64,000 bases of DNA from Cirrosporium novae-zelandiae (GCA_026023565.1 JAPETS010000005.1:248001-312000); one strand, 5' to 3'. Numbered from the stretch's first letter, positions 37,693 to 50,687 are shown. Translations and numbers: made by a program. Notes: a model not told the origin generated them from the sequence alone.

Positions 37693-39954
37693 ATGCAGAT
37701 GCAGGATCCAGCAAGTAGTGTTCCACAGCCATTGGTAAGTATTAATCAATTTAACTAAGCGGCATATCCCATAACCGTGTTCACCTAAGGGCGCACAAGT
37801 TTGCCATGATTCGTTTGCACACCAAACGCATTATATTATTTGTGCATTTAGGCCACTGCTGATACGACATAGCTTCCCCACGTTCACCTCGTTTCTACCT
37901 ATCGATTTCCCGTCCTAAGCCAAGTGTCTCTCGAGAAAGTTGTCGACTTTCTCCAACAGGGACTTCGAATCACCCGCGATGTAGCTCCGATGCACTGGCA
38001 GTTTCTTGATGCTCCTTCCGATGGATCGCTGATGCTTGTTTGGCAACCTTTGAATCATATGAATACACACTTCGCTAGCGATGGATATATTTGGGCGGAT
38101 GCCGAACAAATGTTTACGCAGGAGACGAGAGGATATACCGTGGAGATGTATGTTCACAGGAGTGGTTATCGACTTGGTCAGGAACATTTCGCGTCGCATA
38201 GCCGGAAACGCTACCGATTAATGCCATCACGGCATAGTGCCAATTCTCCCCAATGCGATCCTGCGTTGTTCATGGTTCATTACACTACCGCAGACCCACA
38301 AGATCGAGTCCCTGTTAACTCAATTCGATTGTCCCAGCAAGTACAGGCCAGTTTAAACACTCGTCACTTCCTCCAAAATCAAGGTCGTTTAGTGCGTAGC
38401 GAATTTATGCTCTACGACCGCGCGAAGTGGCCGCAAGTGAACCTGCCTGGCGCATTACCTCCCAATTTTAGCCAGGCGCCGGCGATGTATCAGCAGAACA
38501 TGCTCGCGCGGATGGGTGCAAATCAACGGCAATCAATGTATCATTCATCTAATGGTCCTCCGGCCAAGAGGCTGCAAACTGCTGCTGCTCATTCAGCAGT
38601 GAATAAGCCATCAGCTGCTATTGTTGCACCTAACGGTCGAGACCCCACACTCATGGACGAGGAAGACTATTCTTTAGGTGATGCTTTTGACTTTCTCACT
38701 CCGCGAGAAATTAGCAGCATGAGATACAAGCAACATCATGAGTGGGTTGAAGAAGTTTTCTCTTCTGCTTATACTGCCGATTCGATCATTCCAGTTGACC
38801 TTGGCCTTGGACGAAAAGGCGAACTTGAAAGTCTCACAAGAGGCTTCTTTAATGCACCAACTGCTGGAATAGAGAAACGGCCAAATGAAGATCCGATGAA
38901 TCGTACATTGAAAATTGAGTCTGGGGACCAGGAAGGGGCGGTCAGCAAAGATACTCTTGCACGTATAGGCAGGATGGAGGATGGGAAAGCTGACGACTTT
39001 GCCAAATGCGCAGAGGCGAAGATTGCCTCTATGAACATAGAAATGGAAAAAATGCAAAAGACCCATAAAAAGCGCTTGGCTAAACTCCAGAGATCTGCCA
39101 CGTACAAGGAGGCCGAAAAACAATTACGAATCGAAATTAGAGATCCGATCGACACTGATGCCGAGCCCTGGAGAATCACTGGCCATACGGAGCATGATGA
39201 AAGCGAGGAGGACGAAGAAGAGGACGAAGGCCGCAAGGAACCACATATGATGAGGGAAAGCATACCCCTAGGTCCGAGGCCCAAGGTCGATGACGTAGTG
39301 AAGAAAGTCGAGAAAAAAACAGGGAAGCATGTTAAGCCAATATCGGCGGGTGTTGTGTGTGTGCGAAAAGGTGTGGAGGAAGAAAAGGCTCCTTCAAATA
39401 CTGGAGCACAGAGCATCGCTGGCACTGTACAGGCATCTGAGCCTTTGAACCAAGCCCTACCATCTACGAACGCCCCACAGGAACAAAACACGATTCTCTC
39501 ATCATCAACACCAAACACCGCCCCAACTACTACAGCCCCTCCACCCCAGCCTGTGCCCACACCGACCACCGAACCTGCTGATATAACTATGACGGGTACA
39601 GAAGATATCCCCTCCCTTACTGCTCCCACCACCACCACCACCGATGACTGGGTCGTTATCCCTAAGGATGGCATCCAACTCTCCCCCTCAGAAACCGCTG
39701 GGAGCAGCCTGGAGAACCCTCCAAACCCTAGCGCACCTCACCCCCTTATAGATACTCCTGGTGCTCACGACATTAGCGTCGAGACTCCTGGAGATTTAGA
39801 TATGAACACAGCAGGAGATGCGCTGGCGGCGTATGATAGCGAGCAGAATAGCGGGGATTTAGGGGAGGATTTGGGGGCCTTTGAGGACAGTGCATTTGCA
39901 GACGCATTTCATGGGACGGAGGGGCATGCAGGAGAAGGGGGGATGGAACAATAG
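37693..39954 (+). CDS. SSR4: SWI/SNF and RSC complex subunit Ssr4 (DUF1750)
   Basis: Exons 37693-37734 and 37873-39954. 'LPHVHLVSTYRFP', 'FASDGYIWAD', 'HSRKRYRL' and 'GDAFDFLTPREISSMRYKQHHEWVEEVF'. Confidence 0.85.
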
Positions 39955-40369
39955 GCTCAGGTAGATGGGAAATTGAATTGGGAAAGGAATGGGAAAAGGC
40001 ATTTACGGGGACAGTTGGAGTAAACAGGATTAATCGTTATCTAGTGCATACAAATATCCTAACTATTCGGGTTTTGGGGGATGGATTATGAATAGGTTTC
40101 ACCGCATTTAGCTAAAATATTATGCAGTACTATGACACGGGGAGAGAAAATCTGTCCTTCCACTCTTGCTTTTGATTATCCGGTGACCATAACAAGTTGT
40201 GGCGGGAAAGGAAAAGCTGCATAATACCTTTTTCAAGAACAGCTTACTTATATATATCATAATCATTCACTGCCTCAAAGTCGTAGCGGGGAATTATATA
40301 TCCTTCTGTCGTCCCTTCATACCTTTTGACCAAGCTCTTACCATTTTATTTTCTACACCTGTCTATTCT

Positions 40370-41755
40370 TTACCGGGTTGGTCCCTGGTAAACAGTATCA
40401 TCATCTCCTCTGAGAACTCCTACCCTGACACCCCCGTCATCGTCAACCCACGCTCTCCACATTCCACCGGAATTGAAATCAAAGGCTACTTTCCCCTTGC
40501 CCTCCGCACTAATCTCAATACCTATTAAGCCCCCCTCTCCTTCCCCGGTTCGGCCCCATCTGTTTCCTGCGGAACTTTGCATTATTCCACTGGGACCAGA
40601 CATAGCTGTCACGGCACCTTGGAGGGATGCAGTCGGATCCGGGGAAAGTTGAAGGAGGGACGCACACGAGCGAGCTACTTGTAGACGGAGGAACGTGTCC
40701 CCGTTACCGGTGCCGGATAGGGCGAGGGAGTGAGTGTGGGCTCCTTTGACTTGGGGGGTAGATTTCTGGTCGGAGTTTGGGGTGGGCGGAGTTTGGGGTA
40801 GTTGGCTGTATTGGGGGCTTGAGAATATAGAAGGCAGACAGGCATATAGGAGGCTATGGAGGGCCGGAGGGATGGACGATGGTGTTGAGGAATTCTGTTG
40901 CTGTTGAAGGGAGGAAATGAGCATTTCTGTCGGAGAAGAGCCCTTGACCCATTCTTCGGCCCAGAATCCAGCACCTACGGTGGGGGTGTCGCCAATGCGG
41001 CCAGGAAGCTTATTTGTTAGGCCCCCAGTGCTGGTTGCGGTAGCAAGGTCGCCATAGCGATCGAGACAGACGCAACCGACGGTTCCTTGGGGAAGAGGTT
41101 CCCCTGTATCTTCTTGGGGATTGGGGTTTGTACGAGCCGCCAAGGGGTTTTGCCGTAATTGCTGTCTGAGCTTCTTTTCTCGTTCTAAACCTCGTATATG
41201 CTCGTTCCACCTCTTTTCCGTAAAAAAGTATTCTGGTTCCACCATTTCTAATCCCCAATTCTTAGCGAAGATCTCTGCTGTCTCCCCGCATAATTGTACG
41301 TGGCCGCCAGCGCATCCTTCATCTCCCATCCCGTCCTCCCCTGGGAGCCATCCAAACCCTATATCCATTTCCCTGTCCCCACGAACTAACATCTCTTTTG
41401 CTAGCTGTATAGGGTGCTTAACACGTTTCAACATATTAACACCAACAGCTCTCTTCTTGCTTCCGGGGCCCCTGCTGACCATTAAGCTAGCCTCCAGCTC
41501 AATAGTTCCAGTACGAGTGAAGACAGCTCCATGGGAGCAATTGAAGAGCGGACAGTCTTCGAAAAGGGTGACCGCATGAACAGAAGCGTCGACAGCGGTG
41601 GCACCTGATTCAAGGAGAAGGGAAGTAGAGAGAAGAATAGAGTGAAGGGCCTTGAAGTACTCAAGCCGGGAGGGGACAGGGAGTTTATGGGGGTCTATGG
41701 AACCGGCACCTCCATGTATTATGACGCGAGGTGTTGTTTGTAGTTTTTCCTCCAT
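40370..41755 (-). CDS. Isoaspartyl peptidase/L-asparaginase (type 2, Ntn-hydrolase)
   Basis: IIHGGAG, LFEDCPLFNC, autocleavage site G|TVGCV, TSTGG, GRIGDTP and SGTGNGD. Confidence 0.93.
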   Translation of the reverse strand: MEEKLQTTPRVIIHGGAGSIDPHKLPVPSRLEYFKALHSILLSTSLLLESGATAVDASVHAVTLFEDCPLFNCSHGAVFTRTGTIELEASLMVSRGPGSKKRAVGVNMLKRVKHPIQLAKEMLVRGDREMDIGFGWLPGEDGMGDEGCAGGHVQLCGETAEIFAKNWGLEMVEPEYFFTEKRWNEHIRGLEREKKLRQQLRQNPLAARTNPNPQEDTGEPLPQGTVGCVCLDRYGDLATATSTGGLTNKLPGRIGDTPTVGAGFWAEEWVKGSSPTEMLISSLQQQQNSSTPSSIPPALHSLLYACLPSIFSSPQYSQLPQTPPTPNSDQKSTPQVKGAHTHSLALSGTGNGDTFLRLQVARSCASLLQLSPDPTASLQGAVTAMSGPSGIMQSSAGNRWGRTGEGEGGLIGIEISAEGKGKVAFDFNSGGMWRAWVDDDGGVRVGVLRGDDDTVYQGPTR

Positions 41756-42247
41756 GGTTCACCGCCGATAGGTTAGTATGGATATATAAAACTAAATATG
41801 GAGCCTTGAAGGAAGGGATTATCCAGTGGGTATACCTCTTGTTTGGGGTTAATGTAAAGATTTCGGGATTTATAATGCTATTCCAACTCCAATTGACGGG
41901 AAATTGTCTGCTCTATATACCTAAGTAATGTGAGAAGCCTCGATAAGTGAACATCACATGTTTAAGAAGAAATAGTGGGAGTTAGAGTACTGTGAGTAAG
42001 TAAGGACCACTGCGAAATCGGCATATACAGGGTTAGCAAAAGATAAGGCCGATAAGAATCGGAGTTTACCAGTCCCGACCTTTTTTTTTGAAGCTTTGGA
42101 GACATCGATATTGCTCCACAGTTCAACAATCTCAGGACTAATTGCCCTCATTAATATTCATCAAAGTCTTTTGATTTTACCACATAGTCCCTAAAGGTAT
42201 TATTAGACGGCGAACTTCAATCAAATCACAACCGAGCCCCAGCTACC

Positions 42248-44638
42248 ATGACGGACGATAGAAAACAAAAATCTGAAGGCGGAACCAAAATTACACATGA
42301 ACACCAGTTTCCTGACCTAAAACCTATTAGTCGGAAAAGAAGGCGAGATCATGATGCTGAATCTGCTCGTTCGGCGCCCCCTAAACCTGGATCTTTGTCG
42401 TCATCCCAAACCTCGTCTCTAAAAGAACACGCCAAGCAACTTTACAAGATTCGCAAAGCCCTACCAATTTTTTCCCATGCTAAAGAAATACATGGCGCTC
42501 TTCGCGAACATGATGTAATGTTGTTGGTTGGTGAGACGGGCAGTGGGAAATCTACACAAGTGCCCCAATTTTTGATAAACGAACCATGGTGCAAAATGCA
42601 AAATGTGAAGTTGGATAACTCCCCAGACGGTGCCGACGGAACTACTGTGAAAGTTGGTGGATGCATTGCTATCACACAGCCTAGGAGAGTTGCTGCTACT
42701 TCGCTGGCGCGCAGAGTTGCTGAAGAGATGGGTACGCCACTGGGATCTTCTTCTCCCGCTTCCAAGGTGGGCTATTCGGTTCGTTTTGATACGTCTACCT
42801 CACCATCTACGCAAATCAAATTTTTGACGGAGGGTATGTTGCTACAAGAAATCTTGAAGGATCCATGGTTGAGACAATATAGTGCCATTGTTGTAGATGA
42901 AGTACATGAGAGAGGCGTGAACGTGGATCTTGTATTGGGCTTCTTAAGGAATATGGTGGCTAAGAAAACTAAGGGAAATGGGAGAGGCGGAATACCCTTG
43001 AAAGTGGTAGCGATGAGTGCTACAGCCAATATAGAAGGCCTCCTAACGTTTTTCAACGAAGGATACAAGAAAGAGAAGGCTGAAATTTCTACTAAGAAGA
43101 CGGAAAGTGTTGAAGGATCTGGAGACTCAGAAAATGATAATAGGACTACTAAAGGCCAGGAGAGCAAGGCAGAATTGGACTATGTCTCAGTCTGTCATAT
43201 TGAAGGTAGGCAGTTCCCAGTCAAAACTCACTATACCAAAGAGCCTGTTGCGGAATGGCCAGAAGCAGCATTGAAACGGATACTCGAGATACATATGAAA
43301 GAACCATTACCTGGAGACATTCTTGTCTTTCTTACTGGCCAAGAAACTATCGAGAACCTTGAAAAAGAGATAAACACTCTTGCTAGTGGCATGGATCCTA
43401 AAATACCTAAACTACTTATTCTGCCCCTCTTTGCTGCTCTACCGCAAACTGTACAGCAGCGGATATTTGAACGTACCCCACATCGAACTAGGAAAGTCAT
43501 TCTGGCGACCAATATCGCAGAAACATCCGTTACTGTTCCGGGTGTGCGCTACGTAATTGACTGTGGTAAAAGTAAGATCAAACAATTTCGTGCTCGACTT
43601 GGCCTTGAATCCCTCCTTGTCAAACCAATATCGAAATCCGCTGCCATCCAAAGAAAGGGAAGAGCAGGAAGAGAAGCCCCTGGCGAATGCTACAGAATCT
43701 ACACAGAAAATGATTATCTCGAACTGCAGCAAGCCAACACTCCTGAAATCCTAAGATGTGACCTTAGCCAAGCAATATTGACTATGAAAGCTAGAGGAAT
43801 AGATGAAGTCTGGGAATTTCCTCTCCTCAACCCTCCAAAAATAGAAGTTATTGAGAAAGCATTGTTACAGCTCTTTCATCTCCAAGCTCTAACGGATGAA
43901 GGGAAAATTAGCAAAATCGGGCTTCAAATGGCTAAATTTCCATTATCTCCTCGGCTGGCTAGAATTTTGATTGCGGGAGCAGAATCGGACTGTCTATTGG
44001 AAATCATCGATATAATCTCTTGTTTAAGCGTTGAAAACGTGTTTATACACTCAAAGGACCAGGAAGAGGAGGAGAAAATCGCTTCTGCAAGGCAAGACAT
44101 CTTTCGGCGAGGAAGTGACCATCTAACCCTGCTAGCAACCGTTCAGGGGTTTGCAGGGGAGCTGGGGAATAGGAAAGCATGGGCTGAAGCTCGATTTCTA
44201 TCTCATAGAGCTATGAGAAGTGTTATGGTAGGTTTTAATTTCTTCACGTTCGTTATATTGACATTGCTAATTCTTACCATTGAATAGGATGTCCGCAAGC
44301 AACTCCGCGCTCAATGCATATCGGCCCATCTCACCAACCAGTTTCCAGAAATCCTCAGCGCTTCCTCCGTCTCTTCGGAGCAAGAAATTGCGATTAAGAA
44401 GGCCTTTTTGCGGGGCTATTGTCCGTTCAATACAGCCCGGTTAGTCCCAGATGGAAGCTATCGAACAATGATAGGGAACCAGACGCTTGCAATCCACCCT
44501 TCAAGTGTTCTCAGGGGAATGAAGGCCCCCGCTGTAATGTATAATGAATACGTGTTCACGACCAAGAGTTTTGCTAGAGGTGTAAGTGCCATTGAGCTGA
44601 GCTGGATAGGTGAGATGATGGGTAGTTCAATTGGTTAG
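42248..44638 (+). CDS. DHR2: DEAH-box RNA helicase, Dhr2/Prh1 (DHX33-like)
   Basis: GETGSGKST, TQPRRVAA, DEVHER, SAT, ATNIAETSVT and QRKGRAGR. Intron 44228-44287. Subfamily inferred from the short N-terminus and 'GLESLLVKPISKSAAIQR'. Confidence 0.85.
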
Positions 44639-45085
44639 GCTCAAGAATCAGCAACAATCGACCAATAAAAATGGCGTGTATTACGGTCACATATCGAAAG
44701 GCCAACATAAAGGCTGGCGCACAATCTTCGACCATTCCCTACCAGTTATAGATCCTCCGCTATGCATGCAAAACGCGTAAGATGGTTATTGGAAATCCAA
44801 CCAGATCATTTCGGAATCCTAGTTTAGCTGGCACCAAGAACTAGACTTGAGGTATATTTGTAGGATTCGGTCTTTGAGGGTTGAATTAAGCTGAATATAT
44901 ACCACCTCAAAACTATGGAAAATCCAATTCCTTGGAGGCTGACGCAAACATTTTATCCGCAATATGGTATCAACATACACAGATAGGCCTCTCTGAGTAA
45001 CATTTATCAATCACTACATCTGACTGGGCACAAAAGGGCATCCATACCATTGCTTATACTCGCCATCAAGTTGTATCCATCTCAT

Positions 45086-45457
45086 TTAAAAATCCTCCAT
45101 TTTGAAAATATCATAAGTGCATTCCTCATATGGATGGGCTTTCTTTAATTCTAGTATAGCCTTCTTTACAACTTCTCCGCCCACACACATCACCTCAACC
45201 CTTGTTTCTTCCACCGCCTCCGCTTTTCCTACTTGACCAATATCCGGATGCGCGCCCTCGGTCGGTATGAAGTGACCGATCCCAGAAGTTTCGAAGCATA
45301 CATTTTTGTAGGTGGAGTTTGGATGTGCTCCAGCGCCAGCAGAGAAGACGGCGGCTTTACAGGGCGCAAGGTGGGTAGTGGGGACTGTGAAGGCGAATTT
45401 GTAGCGGGGAAGTGAGGTTGGGGAAGAGAAAGTAGGACGGTTTAAAGGAGTGGGCAT
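45086..45457 (-). CDS. Stand-alone YqfO/NIF3-insertion (PII/CutA-like fold) protein
   Basis: Intronless 123 aa. 'YKFAFTVP', 'AGAG..Y..VCF..G.GHF.P.EGA.P.IG', 'EETRVEV' and 'AHPYEE..YD'. Confidence 0.8.
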   Translation of the reverse strand: MPTPLNRPTFSSPTSLPRYKFAFTVPTTHLAPCKAAVFSAGAGAHPNSTYKNVCFETSGIGHFIPTEGAHPDIGQVGKAEAVEETRVEVMCVGGEVVKKAILELKKAHPYEECTYDIFKMEDF

Positions 45458-46053
45458 TTTGAATCAGATTATAGTTATCAATGATAATGCGTTATATGGC
45501 TGCTTGTTTTCCTAGTTAATTTTGTGGTTGTGGTTGTGGTTGTGGGAAAAGGTGGGGTCATTAACTGAGGCGGTCGGAGAAGATAAAGCAAATTCATTCT
45601 AGATACATAGCGATAGTGATATGAAAGTATAAGTACATGAAATGATACATAAAAATTTCCATACTTATAGTTCATCTTTCCTCAACCCCTTGAAAATATT
45701 AAGATAATATGATTTGTATTGTTGATTTAAGAGATTGAAAGATTTTACCATGACTCACTACTAGTGATGTCATACCCACCATCATTTTCATCCTCCATAC
45801 GTTCGAATGTACAGGAACAGAAGTATGTAGATATAAATCCAAAATACCAACCTTTAGAACTCCCTATGTTACCAATCAACATTCTAATATTACATAGATC
45901 CATATAGCTTAGATTATTTAAATAGCCCCCCCCCCCCCCCGGGGCCTCTGCATCAAAACGACATTTCTCCGCGCCAATCTTAGTCGGCTCGCAGGACGAG
46001 TATCGCATCTCCTCCTCCGCCGCACTGGCCCCCGCTCTCTTACAACCGCCAAA

Positions 46054-47427
46054 ATGACTGTCGCAAACACCTCTGAAGCCCACAATGGGAATTCTGGATC
46101 TTCTTCAAAACCGCACGTACAGTTTGATACGCAAATCCTTCGTATCAACCCCCACGATGTCGGAAATATCATCCACACGGACCCAACCGTGCCCTTTCTG
46201 TCAGGCTGGACCCTCACACCTCCGTCTCCACCTACACCCTCCTACAAATCTCTAAACACAGCGGCGCAATCACTCCGCGAAACCTCGATCTCGCTGGCAT
46301 TCCCCACCGAAACCGTCTACGGACTCGCGGCATCCGCTCTCTCCACCTCCGCGGTCCAGAACATCTTCGATACGAAAAACAGACCCGCCGACAACCCCCT
46401 AATCGTGCATATCCACTCCCTCCCTCAGCTAATGGACCTGCTAAAACCTCACGGCCTCCCTAAAATCTACTCGCCTCTAATCGACCGCTTTTGGCCCGGT
46501 CCTCTCACAATCATTCTACCGCTCCCTTCGACCTCACCATTAAGCCCCCTCACGACCGCCGGCCTCCACACCTTCGGAGCCCGCATGCCATCCTCCCTGC
46601 TCTCGCTGCTCCTCCTAAAACTCACTAACGTTCCCCTCGCCGCCCCCTCAGCTAACACCTCCACAAAACCCTCCCCCACAACCGCGGGTCACGTCTACCA
46701 CGACCTACACGGCAAGATAAAATACATCCTCGAAGATACCACGTCCCCTAGCTGCCCCGTCGGTGTCGAAAGCACCGTCGTAGATGGAACGTGCAACCCC
46801 CCTGCGATACTGCGCCCCGGGGGTGTGAGCCTTGAACAAATCCAGCAAGTACCTGGCTGGGAAAGCACCGTCATCGGGTACAAAGACAAGGCGCTGGAAC
46901 AAAACGAGGTCGCACGAGCACCGGGGATGAAATATAGGCATTATGCACCTAGGGCACGGGTTATCCTGTTTTCATCCGAATGCCCGCAGCCGCAGCTACG
47001 CGATTTGCTCCCATTTCTTCTATTATCATCACCATCATCACCATCGCTAGTCTCAGCAGAAGAGAACATAAAAGATACCATCGGCATTGGCATCATTCGC
47101 ACTCACGCCTGGACTCCCCTGATCTCCTCTCCCTCTTCAAAAATAGAGCCATCAACCACTGCTAACGCTGACATCCCTCCTACGATTCCAATATCATCCT
47201 ACGCTACAGACATCTCCATAGAGTCGATAATATCTCTAAAAGTCCACGATATCTGGTTGGGCCCTAAAGCCGCGAGTGTGGCGCATGGGCTGTTTTCTGC
47301 ACTAAGGGCATTGGATGACTACGAAGCAAGTGTGATTTTTGTGGAGGGGATTAAAGAAGATGAGGGGCCAGTTGCGGCGGCGGTGATGAATCGTTTGAGG
47401 AAGGCGAGCGAGAGGGAGATTATGTAG
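46054..47427 (+). CDS. SUA5: Threonylcarbamoyl-AMP synthase (t6A pathway)
   Basis: AFPTETVYGLA, KNRPADNPLIVH, FWPGPLT, APSANTS, GVESTVVD, APGMKYRHYAP and C-terminal AVMNRLRKA. See findings for an upstream in-frame ACG extension. Confidence 0.96.
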   Translation: MTVANTSEAHNGNSGSSSKPHVQFDTQILRINPHDVGNIIHTDPTVPFLSGWTLTPPSPPTPSYKSLNTAAQSLRETSISLAFPTETVYGLAASALSTSAVQNIFDTKNRPADNPLIVHIHSLPQLMDLLKPHGLPKIYSPLIDRFWPGPLTIILPLPSTSPLSPLTTAGLHTFGARMPSSLLSLLLLKLTNVPLAAPSANTSTKPSPTTAGHVYHDLHGKIKYILEDTTSPSCPVGVESTVVDGTCNPPAILRPGGVSLEQIQQVPGWESTVIGYKDKALEQNEVARAPGMKYRHYAPRARVILFSSECPQPQLRDLLPFLLLSSPSSPSLVSAEENIKDTIGIGIIRTHAWTPLISSPSSKIEPSTTANADIPPTIPISSYATDISIESIISLKVHDIWLGPKAASVAHGLFSALRALDDYEASVIFVEGIKEDEGPVAAAVMNRLRKASEREIM

Positions 47428-47640
47428 TTGATAGCTGGGACTCTATGGAGGGGGGGATGGGAAAGTAATTGGAAGGATACCATAGATTTGGTTGGGAAAA
47501 GTAATTTAGTCTTTACCATCTTGAAGGTCATTTACTAGACCGGATTAGACCAACTTTTGAGAGGGATTGAAAATAATCTATTTACCCATAAATCTCTACT
47601 CCTCATGATATACCCAAGCAACTAATCATGTATTCAACCC

Positions 47641-50600
47641 CTACCAGATTCTTTTTCCCCACATAGCATACCTGTTAACCGGCCCAAACCTATCCGCCTT
47701 GCCCTCGGCCTTGGCTTCCTTTTCTCGCCCTCTGACCTCCCTCTCCCTCATCCTTCTCGCTCCCTCCTCATCATCTGCATAAATCCACCTTCTTTTATCC
47801 TCATCCACTTCCACGACCGCCCCAATTCCCATCCTTCTACCTTCCGCATGATAATGCACACGTTCTCGTTCCTTCATACCACGGTATCTATTGCGTGCGT
47901 ACGCAAGCAGACACATGCCAAGGAGGAGCTTGAGGGCTAAGAGTACGAGGTATAGGAGGAGAAAGAAGACGAGCATGGTAAGTAGCGCGATTAGGTCATC
48001 CGTACTCCAAGTGCGCCAGGCTGAGAGCCACGATGCGGAGTTGGTGGTAGGATCGGTGCCGGCGCCGAAGGAGGAGCGGCCTAATGCACGCCGAAATATG
48101 GTGTCAATGTGTTGAAGAGCAGCAGTTGTGGCAGGCGAGGTGGATGGAGAAACTTCGGAAACGGAGAGAGAGGTTGCAGTTGAGGGGATTGGGATCGGGA
48201 CATGCGTGGCGAGGAACATGTGGTATGTTTGAAGGGAAGCTCGGATGAAGAGACAGGAGAGGGGAATGATAGGAAGGCCGAGGCGGCGAGTGAGGTTGGG
48301 GTCGGCGAAGGCGTTAGAATAGTAATCTTTTGTGAGGACATCCAGGAAGCGACCGTATATAGCAGGTTTCGTGTTGTTGAATTTGGTGATATATTGGTGT
48401 TTGAGCCAGTCTACAAGCACTTCACTGCCAAGGACGAGAACAAAAGGTCCAATTATAGCGCTACTCCAATCAGGTAGGACGGTGAAACTTTTAGGAAGGA
48501 TGGTAGGTCCGTGATGTTGAGTATTTGACGAATCGGAGAATAAATCGGGGTGAGAAGAGGTCAGACTAAGGCCACCTGTTTCTACAATATTTCGAGACGC
48601 GATAATTGTAAGCATTAGCCAAAGTTGAAACCGTTCAACTATATCGGCGCATGTAATTTGGAAGAGATTTTCCTTCTCAAATTTCTTGAATACTGTAGAT
48701 TTGATCTCCACAAACTGGTTTGACATAAGCAGCGTAAGTAGAGCATTCGAGTAGGAATTCACTGCCACGTTGAGGGTAATGACTTGATAGAATAGGGCTG
48801 TAGCATGGAGGACGTTGTAGACAAGTGCAAGTCCAAAAAGCCATAAAGGTCTAAAAACTTTACTTCTACCGTTAGGTTTTCGTTCGAGAGCTTCTTTTGA
48901 AAACAGGCATTCGAGCACATCTTGTCCGAGAGCTGAGAATAGGCGATCGCCAACCTAGTAACAAGTTAGAGTTGCTACTTTGAAATTATGGATATACGCA
49001 CCTCAAGCACACTATATATGACATATAGTTTGATTGCTGCCTGACCACGGATTCCGTGATACATCCGACTAGCATCAAAACATAGCAGGATAGCACAACT
49101 CAACAATATCAGAGCCCCTTTCAGAAGATCCGCTTTATGGTCGGGGAGAAGGCCAGATGGCATAGATTTCGTCCTACGATGCTTTGAAAATGAACTCCAT
49201 CGACGCTTACTGTCAGCTTCTGGGATTGTATACTCTACTTCACGGTTCGTTGGTTTTTCTGTACGCATGCGTGGCGTGTGTTGACCGGAAGAATCAGAAA
49301 TTGCAGAAGGTGCTGTCTGAGACTGAGCTTCACCCTGGGTAGAAGTCTTCGGTGCTATTACACTGCTACCTGTTCTTCGCGTCCGAGCCCTTTCCCAAAC
49401 CCGATATATACCAGCAGACATGAACGAATAAAAGAATTGGATCTCAAGACTGAGATTTCGGCCCCAGGACTGCAAAAGGATCCAGAGAGCTTTGAAAAAC
49501 CGTAAAGGAAGTATCGTAAATGTATAAAGCCAAGTGTCAAGGCAGGCAAACGCTCCGAAACATAACACTTGTTCTAATTCCCATGGAAGACTGATAAAAC
49601 TCCATAAACGTTCAAGCTTTACCTGGTTGGACTCGTAAGGAAAGTCACTAGTCGCTGATCGGTGGATGTAAAGGGGGGACGGTCGATCTGAGGATAACTC
49701 AAGTTGTAGGTATGTAGGGAAAGATAGGGGGGGCAACGGGATCGAAGTAGGCATAGGAGACGGCAATGGATCAGGAACTAGCGGTTTCACTCCAACCTTT
49801 GTACTATCCAAATCAAGAGGCGCAGGGACTGGACGGATACCCTTTTGAGTCAACAGAGGGCCAGCAGCAAAACTGTTTGGCCGAGAAGATGACTGCTTTC
49901 TTCTTATCGGTGGAGGAGTCGAAACAGTCCGCGACAAATGGCGAGGACGTGATGCCTCCGGATGGTTTTTGTGCTTTTCATGACCGAGAAGAGTTTGCGA
50001 AACAGCATCCAGATCATCTAATATACGGTCCCTACCCTGCAGGCGGAGCTCACTTGATTTCGTATGAAGGTTCTCTGATTTTCCGCCCCTAACATCAGCT
50101 GAAGACCGGCTCTGATTTGTGCTCTGACCAGTTGTCAATGTTTGAGAGTTAATTTCTGCTCGAGGATCTGGATCTGGGGACGCTACTCGTACTGGGATGG
50201 AATTAGGTGAAGTAGTAAGCTCCTGTATTTGAGCTGGCGAAAGTTTGAGAATTTTTTCCTTCTCTGTAGACTTGGATGCTCGTCGCTGATGGGAGCTTCT
50301 TCGACTGGCATTCTGGCACTGGGGAACCTCGATCATGTTTTCATCCACGTCTGTTAAGGCACACCCGGTCGATACCGAGGATTTTCTCAAGTCATGTTGA
50401 TCCATTTCTTCATTTACATAATCCCCATTTATAGAATTGGTATTGTTTGTAATGTCTCCATCAGTCTTTCTGCTCTCGGTACCGTCCTCGGGACACTCAA
50501 GGGGGTCCAAATGAGGGGACAGCGAGGGAGAAGGTAACTGATCATTAGGCTGAAACTGAGCTCTCCCGAGGAGTCCATTCAAAATTTCCGGGTTCGCCTT

Positions 50601-50687
50601 TTCATCATTATCATTGGTGTTCAAAGAATCACGAAAGGCCTTTGTAAGGTCACCGAAGACATTGTTGACAACTTGGATCTGTGCCAT
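47641..50687 (-). CDS. EMP65: ER membrane protein TAPT1/Emp65 (DUF747)
   Basis: Exons 50687-49002 and 48954-47641. 'DASRMYHGIRGQAAIKLYVIY', 'LLMSNQFVEIKSTVFKKFEKENLFQ', 'DIVERF' and 'VDWLKH.YITKFN'. Confidence 0.92.

Noticed and set aside
40370..47427. Asparaginase, helicase, YqfO-like and SUA5 as a possible metabolic cluster
   Set aside because: No backbone enzyme, transporter or pathway regulator; the genes are mostly housekeeping with no shared pathway.
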